Assembly: GCA_051362555.1 (NCBI GenBank)
Contig: CM120649.1
Location: 15,328,567 to 15,392,566 of the forward strand
DNA: 64,000 nt
Source: Lingula anatina
Taxonomy: Eukaryota > Animalia > Brachiopoda
Direction: 5' to 3'
Positions 24,514 through 36,424 of this stretch are shown here, piece by piece. The position numbers and the translations under genes are program-made. Numbering within the stretch: the stretch's first letter is position 1; each line of letters begins with the position of its first letter. The notes under the pieces were generated by a model. It saw only the letters and a list, made by a program, of their open reading frames with translations. It did no database searches and was not told where the DNA came from.

Positions 24514-25305
24514 TTCAAGCTTTCTCTGTCATTTTCCCTTCTGTGACAGGAGTGGGAGAAGGGTCCCCCAACACCTCGGTAATTGAAAATGGTGAAGTTT
24601 GGTACAAGATAGGCCTATACATTGAGACAAAACGTTGATGTAATGCATTGTCTTTGGTTGCGTTTGTTTGTAGTTAAACTAAAAAGTCGAAAAAAGTTTT
24701 TTCTGGTCTGAAGCCATCAAGGTTTAATGAGGAACACAGCTGGTTCCGCCGACAAAACTGGGCGTCTATGTAACAGAGAGTCCACCCTTCATTTAATGAT
24801 ATGGGTTAGTGTTAGCCTCACGTTAGTGGGTCAAATAAATGGGAACCGAACTGTCTATCATGGGGGACTCTCTGTCACATCACACTGGTGACAAAACCCG
24901 TCCAATTTATTTGTGGTAATTATTAGGGTTATTATCATTGATAATTGATGTAATTTATTATTATTATTATTATTATTATTATCTGCATTCTTCCCCCTTA
25001 TCAACATTTAAGATGTGTTGTTATCTCTTTCTGATACTGAAAGAAATCCATATATAATGAAAAAACTATAACCCAAGTCTGTGTCGAAACCGAGATATAT
25101 GTAAGCCTTTCGTAACGCTGCGTCCAAGTTTACCCTTTGAATGGAAACTCCAAAGCTTACAGCAGCATTTTAATATACAACAAAAGTATAGAAATAAAAA
25201 AGGGAAAATAAAAAAATAATTAATTGATCCCTTCATTAAACTTTGATGAAATATTCCATTGTTGTATACATACAGGTGCATTACTCATCAACTCCTCACT
25301 TTCAG

Positions 25306-26922
25306 GATAAATGTTGGAGACAAGGGTGTTTATCACCAGCAGAAGAAGTCTGCCTGGACTGCTACGTTAGTGCTATACCCAAACTTAGCAATAGGTGTTT
25401 CAGACAATGGCACCCAAAACACGCCAAAAACAGTACGTTATCAATCAACGCGTTCTTTAACATCGCCCAGACAACTACAAAGGAAAGAAATGCAGCTACA
25501 ACACCAATGCCATGTCCATACCGTGTCTCATCAACGATAGCAACAAGTGAGAATATCATGGGGACAAGATCAGAGGCTACTGAATATGAATACGAGTGCG
25601 GCAATGCATCCGTAAAGTTTTCGTGTGAAGGATTTGCCACAGTGATGTGTACTCAATGCTTAAATGGTGTCGCTGTACTGCTGTGCCGCAGATGTGACCA
25701 GGATATGCACACAAGTGACCGTTCTGGTCATATAAGGGTTCTATTGAAACATCTCATAGCCGATACGACTCAGGCAGGGTCATCAGAAGAGCTGCTTGTA
25801 GCCGCAGACATTGCATTGCAAAATAATACACGGAGAGGTGTTTATAGATGTTATGATTGCATTTCCCAGGCTGACGTGATTTGTTTCGATTGTGAACACA
25901 GATATTGTTTGAAATTTTGTCACAGGCACGTTGACGAACTTCATAGAAACATATCATCAACTTTTCACCATAGGATCAAGCTGTCAGACGGAACGAGAAT
26001 ACTGAGACATGTTAATGAATTACCCAAAAAATACATTTGTCAGTGCAGGATGAGAGGACACTGCAAAGACTTAGCTTCACTTGTGTGTTTAGATTGCTGT
26101 ATGGGTTTAGGGTTTTTATTTTGTCAGACCTGTGACAAATTCATACACGGCGTTAATTTCTCCAGGTGGCAGTACCATCGAAGACTTCCAGTACAACAAG
26201 GGACATCAGAGGAGCAATATGCGTCATCTCACCGTGACCCTCCCCAAGGTGACTTTGGTATACGTGTTAACAACGAGGATGACAACAGCAGCAGCGCAGC
26301 ATTACCAACACGCAGAGTGGACGCACACACAATGACGGACGCTGTTGACGGCACATACTTCAACACCGACGCCAACTCGGAAACAGAAATGGAAGACGCT
26401 GAGAGTGTGGACAAATTTGAATCAAGTTACAGAAGTGCAGAAGCTTCAGCCATAGCTTTAGATAACTTCCCAGAAAACGCCAAAGATGTTGTTTCTGGTG
26501 CAGGCGAGCAACCAACATCCCAGATTCAGCAACCTGAACAAACTCCGCGAAAATCAAACATCAAACGCCGTGAGAAGGCAGTTTCCTTGGACTCTCTGGA
26601 TAGTATTTACAAGCGTTACGCTAAAGTATCTAAAAAAGTTTTTACAGACAAGGTAAATTTAAAGTCAGCATGTAAGGAGACGGGTGTCGCAAAATCAACG
26701 TTTTGGGACAATGTCCGAATTGCAGAACTTAAAATAATAGACCCCCTCAAATGCCAGGAATCATTAGAGGAATACCGCAAGTCAGACAAACCGACTGTAA
26801 GAGGTTTCAACACTCTGTGTCGTGAAGTCATAAAAACAGTGTTTTCGGAACAAGTGAGGGAGGCTAGAAAAGATGGTAAACTTCTCAACCTGAAAATTAA
26901 AGGGACAAAAAATAGGATTTAA
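25306..26922 (+). CDS. Exon 2 of B-box gene copy B (4 B-box modules + CCDC106-like domain); probably not translated in this allele
   Basis: Acceptor tttcag|GAT at 25305, colinear with 1001-2692. Lacks the fifth module; Cys>Ser in module 1 (KLSNRC); last codons come from the Kolobok end. Confidence 0.8.
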   Translation, partial: DKCWRQGCLSPAEEVCLDCYVSAIPKLSNRCFRQWHPKHAKNSTLSINAFFNIAQTTTKERNAATTPMPCPYRVSSTIATSENIMGTRSEATEYEYECGNASVKFSCEGFATVMCTQCLNGVAVLLCRRCDQDMHTSDRSGHIRVLLKHLIADTTQAGSSEELLVAADIALQNNTRRGVYRCYDCISQADVICFDCEHRYCLKFCHRHVDELHRNISSTFHHRIKLSDGTRILRHVNELPKKYICQCRMRGHCKDLASLVCLDCCMGLGFLFCQTCDKFIHGVNFSRWQYHRRLPVQQGTSEEQYASSHRDPPQGDFGIRVNNEDDNSSSAALPTRRVDAHTMTDAVDGTYFNTDANSETEMEDAESVDKFESSYRSAEASAIALDNFPENAKDVVSGAGEQPTSQIQQPEQTPRKSNIKRREKAVSLDSLDSIYKRYAKVSKKVFTDKVNLKSACKETGVAKSTFWDNVRIAELKIIDPLKCQESLEEYRKSDKPTVRGFNTLCREVIKTVFSEQVREARKDGKLLNLKIKGTKNRI

Positions 26923-27656
26923 AACGCCTTTTTAGTGCATGGATTGCTTCTTTTTTAACTTATCTGAGAACAATTGCTATGGGTAAAGCATAAAATGGCA
27001 GGTAAATGGCCTTAAGGTAGATCGGTCGTTACATGTTCCAACGTTCGAATTTTTTTAAATTTTTTTTTGTTTGAAGAGACACCCAAGTACATTAAAAATT
27101 CGCAAAAAAAATTGGGGGTCACCGACCAAATAAGAGAACTAGCCCCAAATATGATACACCCTGCATATCGCACTTGTCCCCATTCAAATCAATGGGAAAA
27201 TGGGTGTTTTCTCACTAAAGCATTATTTTTTATGACTTTCTGACGTTCGAATTTTTAAAAAAAATTTTTTGTGTAAAGAGGTCTCCAAGTACATTTAAAT
27301 ATTACCAAAAAAATTGGGGGTCACCGACCAAATAAGAGAACTACGCCAAGTTGAAGTGCGCTACACCCTGCGTGACGCACTAGTCCCCATTCAAATCAAT
27401 GGGGAAATGGGTGTTTTTCACCAAAACGTTATTTTTTATGATTTTTCTAACGTTTGAATTTAAAAAAAAAAACTTTTTTGTGTAAAGAGGCATCCAAGTA
27501 GATTTTAATTTTGCCAAAAAAGTTGGGGGTCACCGACCAAATAAGAGAACTACGTCAAGTTGAAGTGCGTTACACCCTGCGTGACGCACTAGTCGGAAGT
27601 CCCCATTCAAATCAATGGGAAAATGGGTGTTTTTCACTAAATCGTTATTTTTTATG

Positions 27657-27694
<38 letters not shown>

Positions 27695-30600
27695 GAGACA
27701 TCTAAGTACATTTAAAACTTTCATTATGTTTAACAGTTGAAGTGAGTATACTCAGCTATTTTCAGATTTGTCAAACTGATGAGAAGGTGTAAGCCATTAA
27801 CTTTACAACAAAATTATTGAAGAGAATAATAAGGAAAATACTCATGCATGTGAAAATAGTTTATTGCCGTTGTTATTTATTAATGAATATAACATGAACG
27901 TGACATCGTAAACACTGTGTTGTCAAGTAAAATGAAGCGTCTGATACAAAGTATCAAATGCGGCATTCACGTGCTTGCTTGCGGTGCGTTCAGTACACTT
28001 TGTTTACACTGACCAGTCAAGGTCAGAAGTGCACAATTTTTCTGTATAATATAACGCAGTTTCAATTTTGATAAGTGAATTTTCTTCAAGCTGTAGACCC
28101 TATGGCCATTTTCTGAACATTTGTATAAGCTACGAAATATTTCTCAGTCCAAATTTCTCTAAGTCCAAATGAGTGGCGTTACGACGCACTTCCGGTTTTC
28201 GTCAAAATCTAAAAACTACAGCAGCAATTTAGGGCGTTCTACCTCAAAATGTACGCAGCCGCTTTGATTGGAATTTACAACACTTATTCTTTACATGACA
28301 TAGCACCTACGTGCATAATTTGTGAGCTTTAGCTGTCATACATTTTCTAGTGCCAATTCAAATTTGAAAAGGAGCTATTCCGACGATTTCGTGAAGGGCA
28401 AGTCTATGAACGTGCTACAGTTGTCGTATGGAATCATAGTCGACAAACGTTGTCGAAAATCTGTATCGATCATACAGAGTTACAGACAAGTTGATAATGT
28501 GTGTTTATCTTATAGATAATTGTTTTATTTCCTTAAATTAATAAAACAGACTGAAGTGTCGTTAGAGACGATTGACGATGCGCTGAAATTGCGCAAATCG
28601 TCAAATTACGTAACGATCGATCTACCTTAATCAATATCGAAAAAAAGAATCATGTTCACCGTCCACTTTTGAACCCCGGGCGTCAGCCATCTTGACACAG
28701 TTTGAAATAACGCGGCTTCTCGACTCAGATACGAGATGTAAACAATGCAGACAGCATGTCGTTTCGAAGGTGAGCGTGGACGTGAAGGAGAAGAGGAATT
28801 GCTCACCGAATCTTTGCAGGTAAGCGAGTTATATTTACCAAAAGTACTTTAAAATGGGAAGATGGCAGTGGAAATCAAAATATCTGGCAGAGGAAGTTAA
28901 AAAGCGTAGATAACTGCTAATAATTCACGTTTCCTCGGGTAACGCACTCGCAGCCAAATCACTCGCACTGGGTACGTACTACTATAGTTATATGAAGCGA
29001 GATAGTGCACTTTACCCCTGAGGTGTATAGTTCTGTAAAGCAGGAGGAATACCCTTTTCTGCTCAATGTGGTTATCTACCAGTACTTACAGACTAACCTC
29101 ACACCATATTCTCGCAGGGGAATCCCATGAAATATACAATGTAACTCGAGTACTAGTGGGGATAGAGGGTGTTCTTTGTACATCACGTAACTACGTTAGC
29201 TTATTTGTAAATTTAATAATATTGTCAATGAATATGATTACAAGGAATGATTTTTTTTAGCCTTTCAGAGGAGGAATTGGGTGATACACCCCTTCAAGCA
29301 CGAGTGAAGAGATCAGGTATGTTAATAATTTAAGCAGTATAACATGGGCGGATCCAGGATTATTTGAAAGGGGGGGGGGGGGGGGGGTCCGCGGATGCAA
29401 AGCCGACCCCCCCCCCCCCCCTAGTTGGCGTGGGGTTCTGGGCCTGCCCAAAACTGGTATTTTAGAGGGCGAACAGTGCCATTTGGTATGGTTTAGCACT
29501 ATACTGTAGTAAATTAGCTAGTCAAAATTCTAATTCCAAGTGGGGAATATTAGTGTGATTTTTTTACATCAGTTCTTTGAAACCATGTGTGATTATGTTA
29601 TTTCTTCTTGTGGCCTTTATGATTTAATGCAGCTACAGATATTTAAATTTAATTTTTTTTTGCCATAATCAGACTTGCTTCTTTATTATAAGCTTGTTAT
29701 CATGTAGTGATCATGCCCTCTAATTTGTTGATTTTTGTTAAAGAATAGTGCTGTTATGATAATATCAATACATTTTTTTCTTTATAACCATTTTATGTAA
29801 TTTTACTATTACAGTGCCTCAAGTTATATCTGGAAAACTCATATCAGGAAGCACTCCAATCTTACAATACTGCATCACTTCAATGTTGGTGTGACAAGTT
29901 GTGTAAAAGACTGCTACAAAAAATTTGCAGCGATGACCACATGATCCACCACCTTTTACCAAAACCGATTGCACAGTTTTATATTATAATGCCCATGTAC
30001 ATGTATTTAAAGTGACAATTAAGACTGAGAACAGCGAGAGCCTCAAGGCCTTTATTTTCTGGGCATTGTCAACTCTTCAATAATTTTTGTAATTTTGTCA
30101 AATACATCCGAAGATTCAATTCTAATGCAATTCTTGAAAACTTTTTTAGAATATATTTTAATGTCGAACATGTTTTTCTAAGAACTAGCCCTTTAGTAAA
30201 TTAACAACATGTACTATCCAACTGTTATTATTTATTAACATATTGTTATGTACAAAGCATTAAGTTGCAGTATCAATGTAGCATTAACTGGGTAGAGATT
30301 ATGAATGAAATGAAAGTTTAAATATTGAAACATCTTTTATTTATATTTGGCAAAAATACAAGAATAAACAAAGTTTGCTACATAAGTTTGGAATTTGGCC
30401 AAATCATCTTTATTATTACCTGTCACATGTAATGAATAAGAAATACACAGATTTTGTAAGCTAGAATGCATAATTATTTTCATACTTATTAATGCCATCT
30501 TCATAAATAAGCCTTCTATTCAAGCATTCACAAACTTTCACATTGTGCAGTACACATTATAGTATGATAACATTTTTGAGAGAGACTTATTAATAGCCAG

Positions 30601-31921
30601 GCTATCATGTTAAGAGTCTGATGTACATGCAGACCCATGAGGATTGCAGATCAACAAATTATCCCCCTCTCTGTCAGTGTATTGACTCATGTGAGATGAC
30701 ACAAAAGTCTCCATGCAAAGGGATGTGTCATAAGAAAGGACCAACCCAACTTACACAAACATAAATTGTTTCATCGGTAAGATATTCACACATACTTTTC
30801 CAAGATGTGCAGGGAATAAATAGAAAGGTATAAATATTTCTTTAAAAAATACAGGCATGGCTTCCCTGCATGAATTCTAAATAATGGCTGAGTGGAGAAT
30901 TGAATACAGGCACAAGTGTTCACTCAAACCATTTTTGTAGGTCTTAAAAGAAATGACATGCAGTCATTTGCCAAATACAGAATTTAATGCTGTAACAAAG
31001 TCACAAAACTGCAGCTGGTGATCTTACAAAATCTAACAACACACTGGTTTAAAATCAAGTTGAAATCACAATATGCCACCAGTATCATATTCCATAATAC
31101 ATTTGATGTCATTTAGATTTAAGAAGTAAATGCTGGACCAAAATGGTTTATTCTCAATATCAGGCATATGACTTAGGTTTGGGAGGAAAGACCACCTTGA
31201 TTTCCAATCTGTCTGCATTATAGCATACATGTCAGTGCTAGATGGTTTGAAGTCAGCAGATTATGCTTTGTTACATTGGCAAGATGAGTTCACTGAATAT
31301 ATCCTGTAAGCAGCACTCGAAAGTCAGGAAAAGTCTCTCACTATCCAACTTGTCCCCGCTTTGGACCCTCAAGAAAAGTTCCTCTTTTTTTGGTGGAGAG
31401 CCATGGAGTTCCTCTTCCATGTAAAAAACTCTTCTTCAGGACATCATACTGGCAGTTGCTCATAACCTTAAGGTCTAAAAAAGCAAATCAAAATAATAAT
31501 AATAATAATTTATTTAGATTGCAACCCAGTGGGTTGAAGTTGTACATAGTGTTAAGAAAATTATAATGAAAATAAAGTGAATATTTGCTTGAATAAAACT
31601 GAGTTAAAAGACTGCTAATTGAACTTTAAAATTATTGTACTTAGGATAAAAGACAACATAATACTATTCGAAATTTAAAAGTGCATACGGAATAAAAGAG
31701 CATCAGAATCTGTCGGTCTTAAATTGTCTAGAGTCTAGAGAGCTCAATAATGAAAATGGAGGTGGTTGTTCTTTTTATTGTATTTTCCAAAAATGTTACA
31801 GAGCGATGGCGAGTGCCGGGAATGATAGATTAAAGGTTGGTAAATCGCAGAAAAATACTGTTAACCTCGGGATAATTCGGGATAAATCAATTTTGGCACG
31901 AAAATCCTCTTTTGTGTCCTT
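26901..31921. mobile_element. Kolobok-type DNA transposon (non-autonomous or decayed)
   Basis: TTAA TSD (26897-26900 and 31922-31925). Imperfect 20-bp TIR AGGGACAAAAAATAGGATTT vs AAGGACACAAAAGAGGATTT (17/20) with RR..YY termini. The flanks rejoin into the copy-A-like stop/UTR. Confidence 0.85.
27016..28626. mobile_element. Second Kolobok-type element nested in the first
   Basis: ttaa|GGTAGATCGGTCGTTAC ... GTAACGATCGATCTACC|ttaa (16/17). Internal ~200-bp tandem repeats at about 27040-27720. Confidence 0.85.
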
Positions 31922-32258
31922 TTAAGGCTTATGACTAATATTCATGCACATACACATATATACCATTTGGTAATTGCAGACTAACAGTTCTATCTTTGTT
32001 GATGAATATTGCCTGCTACAGTTAATTGAATGTTTTAACGCTTGACTTATTGTCCATTTCTTTAAAATATAGGCGTTTACAATTAATTGGATCGCTTAAC
32101 ATATGCCTCTTATTTTATGTCTATAATCATATATTTACTGTCGATATTTCAAGTGCATATAAATTACAACTGTGTATAATATTTGTGTGTGCACTAATAT
32201 ATTACTTCATTTATTTTCATAACAGAATGATTCACAATTTTTAATGCAAAATACGTAA
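31922..32258 (+). other. Displaced original stop codon and 3' UTR of copy B
   Basis: TTAAGGCTTATGACTAATATTCAT... is colinear with about 2677-3003 of copy A. Confidence 0.9.
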
Positions 32259-32271
32259 TAGCCCTATGCCA

Positions 32272-32304
<33 letters not shown>

Positions 32305-33433
32305 AGCTGGTTGTATATATACAGTCTTAATTCGTGAAAGGAATTGATTATGGTGATAATGGTTGAGACTTTTGTTGTCAAGTTAAGAGGGCAGACAGTT
32401 ATTTTCTTGATTAAGATGTTGAATTGTTGTGCAGTTTTTAATGTTTAGGGATTATAAATAGATTATCCTGATACGTAGCCCTACATGTAGCAAGAAACTG
32501 ACACAAGATAGGGGCAATTTTTTATTCACAAGGATGCACTTCTGTTTCTTTAAACATTTATTTTAATTTTTCCTTAACCGTGCATATATTTTTCAATGCA
32601 TTATGCATAACAGGTTATGAATACTTTATTCAGTTTTGTTAATTATCAAACAGGATTGGTTTACACATGATATCTCGACCTGTATGAATTTTGCCATGTA
32701 TTTTAATTTTAACACTTTTTATATGCAGTGTATTTTTTTGTGTGCAGGTCTATCAGTGTGCATTGTCTTCATGTTTAATCAAGTTTAATTCTATTATTAT
32801 GTGTCTTTTATTATTTTTATGCTCAATGTAATGCAACGTAACTTTAAAGAAAATGTTCACTTCATTAAGTCATTAGCACCATCAGTGGTTTCATACTACA
32901 GTAACAACATTTTGATTTTTAATATAATAAGATATTAAATTTTGATTTTGAAAATTTTGCAAGTTTTGAGCACAAAAATGTGATAAAGTTTTAAGGTGTA
33001 AGAAGAGTCACTGTGGAGATGATTTCCTCACATACTTTTATAGAAACCATATCTCAACGTATGTTTATATTCGAGCGTGTGGTAGGGTTGACTCCCAGTG
33101 TTTCTCAAGAAATTATGTTTACACTGCACTTTTTATGTATATTCTTCTGAAAATTTCAATAAAGATAATGATGACTTTCTGAACTAGAAGTGAACAACTG
33201 TCTTGCGTCCTCTCCCCCCCCCCTCGTTAATTGCCATTTGATATAATTATAGCCTACAATTTCAATTTTCTCACAGATGAATGGACCGGGCATTAATGGT
33301 TTGAAAGTAATTTTGGATATATTACAAATTTTCCATGAAAATTAAGGGGCAGACTTGCCTGATTTTATGAGTAAAAGATTCAACTGTACCAATTTAAATA
33401 GAGGCAACAATTATGTTATTTTTTTTATGTTAA

Positions 33434-35979
33434 TATCACGGCAGGTTTGGGGATCAGATCCACCGCGACATAGGTCCAAGAATAAACAAGCAAGACTTAG
33501 AATATATTTCCACAAAGTCCGGTTTATTCCTGGTTGAGAGCTGGGACCTCCAGTCAGCTTGTTCAGCTGTCTGGTGTAGCCAAGTCCAGTCTTCTTCTCT
33601 CAGAGAATACATGCAAGTTATATAGCCTATCTGAACAAAGGACAATAAACAATGAACTTAATTACAGGTAGGAGATGACTTATGATTAAATTATAATTTA
33701 TGAGTGTGGTCGGAGACATCTGGCTAGGTTACAGAGAGGCCCTTGACTGACCATCTCCTTTGAAGTTAAATGATACATCTGACCCATTAAATGTATATGA
33801 CCCATTAATTTTTACAATAATAACAGTTGTGATAGATCTCCCTTGGTTAACAAAATTTGTGCCTCAAATTTTAAAATCAAGCAATATTTAAATCATATAT
33901 CTAATTCAGTATCATGTACTCAAACATAGTTTGTAGAACTTAGTCCGAACTTAATGCAACAAAAATTACATATGCAAATGTTACACTTTACTCACTACAT
34001 GTGCTGCATTACATATTCCTCTTACAACATGAAATTAAAATGTGTCTGTCTCCCTATAGGATCAGTTGCAGGCAGCAACATTATAGCCTTGCAGACTTAA
34101 ACCTCTTTCTGCATTACCCCTTCTATCGGTATACTACATGTGCCCTTACATTCGCCTGTCAACAAACACTACTTCAGCACCAACATATCTACTTATCCTT
34201 TAAAAAAAAATATGTCACTCTAAACCACGTTGCAGATAACAGCAGTCATATTCATGGAACAGTGTAAGTTTACATTTTCATAACATTATTACATAAGTTC
34301 TTGGACTAATCCATCTAAAACAAGTTAAAGTTACACAGATACAAAACATACCAAAATTTTAGTGCAAAAGTTGAGCATATAAACAAACAATATGATTAAA
34401 AATACAAATATGAGTAAGAAGTTATTACAGTGATTAACTAAGTATGTCCCTGCTCTCCCCTGTGTGGCTCTGAAGGCGGAGAATAGGAGAAATAAAGGCT
34501 TGACTAGCTTCTCAACTAGAGCCAGCTAGAAAGAATAGTCCTACAGGTCAAAAGAGAAGATTTAAGAAAAGAGAGACCACACCAGGTTTAAACAAGAACT
34601 TACCAGTTTCTCATTATAAACAAGCCCAGATTTAATAATTGTTATAAAAATGTCTTTTGCCTTTTCCTCTTTGATCAGAGTTTCTGTGATTTCCTCGTTG
34701 TTTGTGTCCCAATTCTTTGTTCAGCTTTTGTATTTTCTTTTGCAACAATTCATTTTCATCATAAATTTCACAATATAGTTTGGCATTGTTCTTTGCAGTG
34801 TTGAAAGTTATAAGATATATCTGTATGATGTCATCTATTGTTTTGTCCTTTTTAAATTTCAAGGTGTTGTCTATCACAAGGGTGCCAAGTCCATGATTTT
34901 TTATAACATTGCTGAATCTTTTCAGATCTTCTTCAGATTTGCACACTGTTTCTTCTAACATATTGATCCTCGATTCTCTTTTTGAAATTGTGCTTTCCAA
35001 ACTCTGCATGGTTTTTAGGTTCTGGTCCAACTGCGATTCTTTCTTTTGGATCTCTTTAGTAAGTTTGTGGCACTTAGCTTGTAATAGTTGCAGTTCTGTT
35101 TTGGAGGTCGCAGATAAGTCTATAACATCAGCCAAATTTTCACACTCTTGGAATGGTAAATCAGTCCGGATATTGATTTTTGAAAAACTATTTTCTTCTG
35201 TCACAGGTAACTTACTTGTGTCTACGGTTTCTTCAGATAAAGGAACAGCCCTTCTCATTTCTGTCTCTTCCAGCCATTTTTGTTTTCTCTGTTTATCTCT
35301 CCTTATCCTAGATGGTGTCTTTTTCTTCTCTACTTTCATTGCTGAGAGGGTGTTGACCTCACTGCTCATCATTTTCGGTGTCCTTGGGTCTGCTTTCCAC
35401 TTCAGGGTAATGGATACTTCTTCACCCACCTTACTCACACTGTACATAGATGGTATTTGGTCGACTTCCAGTAGAATATTAAAAATATCTGCTGGTAAGA
35501 TATTTTGTCTCCCAAGTCTTTCCATCTTTGTTGCGAGAGGTACTTGGGAAGTTAAAATGCCTAAGGTTCTCCAACAGTTATCACGGCGGGTTTGGGGATC
35601 AGATCCACCGCGACATAGGTCCAAGAATAAACAAGCAAGACTTAGAATATATTTCCACAAAGTCCGGTTTATTCCTGGTTGAGAGCTGGGACCTCCAGTC
35701 AGCTTGTTCAGCTGTCTGGTGTAGCCAAGTCCAGTCTTCTTCTCTCAGAGAATACATGCAAGTTATATAGCCTATCTGAACAAAGGACAATAAACAATGA
35801 ACTTAATTACAGGTAGGAGATGACTTATGATTAAATTATAATTTATGAGTGTGGTCGGAGACATCTGGCTAGGTTACAGAGAGGCCCTTGACTGACCATC
35901 TCCTTTGAAGTTAAATGATACATCTGACCCATTAAATGTATATGACCCATTAATTTTTACAATAATAACAGTTGTGATA
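33434..35979 (-). mobile_element. Non-autonomous LTR retroelement with TATCAC..GTGATA LTR termini
   Basis: 401-bp direct repeats (33434-33834, 35579-35979; one substitution seen) and a 4-bp TTAA TSD. TATATAA and AATAAA in the LTR on the minus strand; TGGAGAA PBS-like motif and AAGGGAGA PPT-like tract. Confidence 0.85.
34632..35525 (-). CDS. Coiled-coil protein of unknown function carried by the LTR element (~297 aa from the first ATG outside the LTR)
   Basis: Open frame (extendable to GTG 35660). Basic patch KKKTPSRIRRDKQRKQK and long heptad stretches; no Gag/Pol motifs recognised. Confidence 0.7.
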   Translation of the reverse strand: MERLGRQNILPADIFNILLEVDQIPSMYSVSKVGEEVSITLKWKADPRTPKMMSSEVNTLSAMKVEKKKTPSRIRRDKQRKQKWLEETEMRRAVPLSEETVDTSKLPVTEENSFSKINIRTDLPFQECENLADVIDLSATSKTELQLLQAKCHKLTKEIQKKESQLDQNLKTMQSLESTISKRESRINMLEETVCKSEEDLKRFSNVIKNHGLGTLVIDNTLKFKKDKTIDDIIQIYLITFNTAKNNAKLYCEIYDENELLQKKIQKLNKELGHKQRGNHRNSDQRGKGKRHFYNNY

Positions 35980-36380
35980 TTAACATGCTTTATTTTTTAG
36001 GCAAATTTTCATTTGCAATTCAGATACATTTAGTTTTTGGATGATAAGATCTATGTAGCATAAAATAATTTTTGCATCTTTTAATTGTGTTTTTATAATA
36101 ATATTTAATAAAAAGGTCGTTAAAAAAAGGAAAAATAAAGCGAAATGGCTGGCTTTGTTTCACACGCAGTCCTGTACTTAAAGGGCAAACAACTGTACAT
36201 ATTGGGGTGTAAAGTGACACAAAACGGATTTTCCTGGTGTTCATGTGGTATTTCCCATACAAAGTACACTTATTTACAATAAATTTATATATATATATAT
36301 ATTGGAGTAATACAAGTGTGACTGTAGCAGCATTAAACTTCTTTATTGACTTTAACTTATTGCTACAAGTGTCGTCGCTG

Positions 36381-36424
<44 letters not shown>

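Noticed and set aside
25243-25305. N-terminal 21 codons of the 559-aa ORF
   Set aside because: Homologous to copy A intron sequence and upstream of the conserved splice acceptor.
34909-35682. 257-aa plus-strand ORF
   Set aside because: Antisense shadow of the coiled-coil ORF; Ser/Phe/Leu-rich with no motifs.
33434-35979. Penelope-like pseudo-LTR with hammerhead ribozyme, or a piggyBac/Kolobok because of TTAA
   Set aside because: No hammerhead core spotted by eye. The long repeats are direct, with LTR-type signals, and the inverted termini are only 6 bp.
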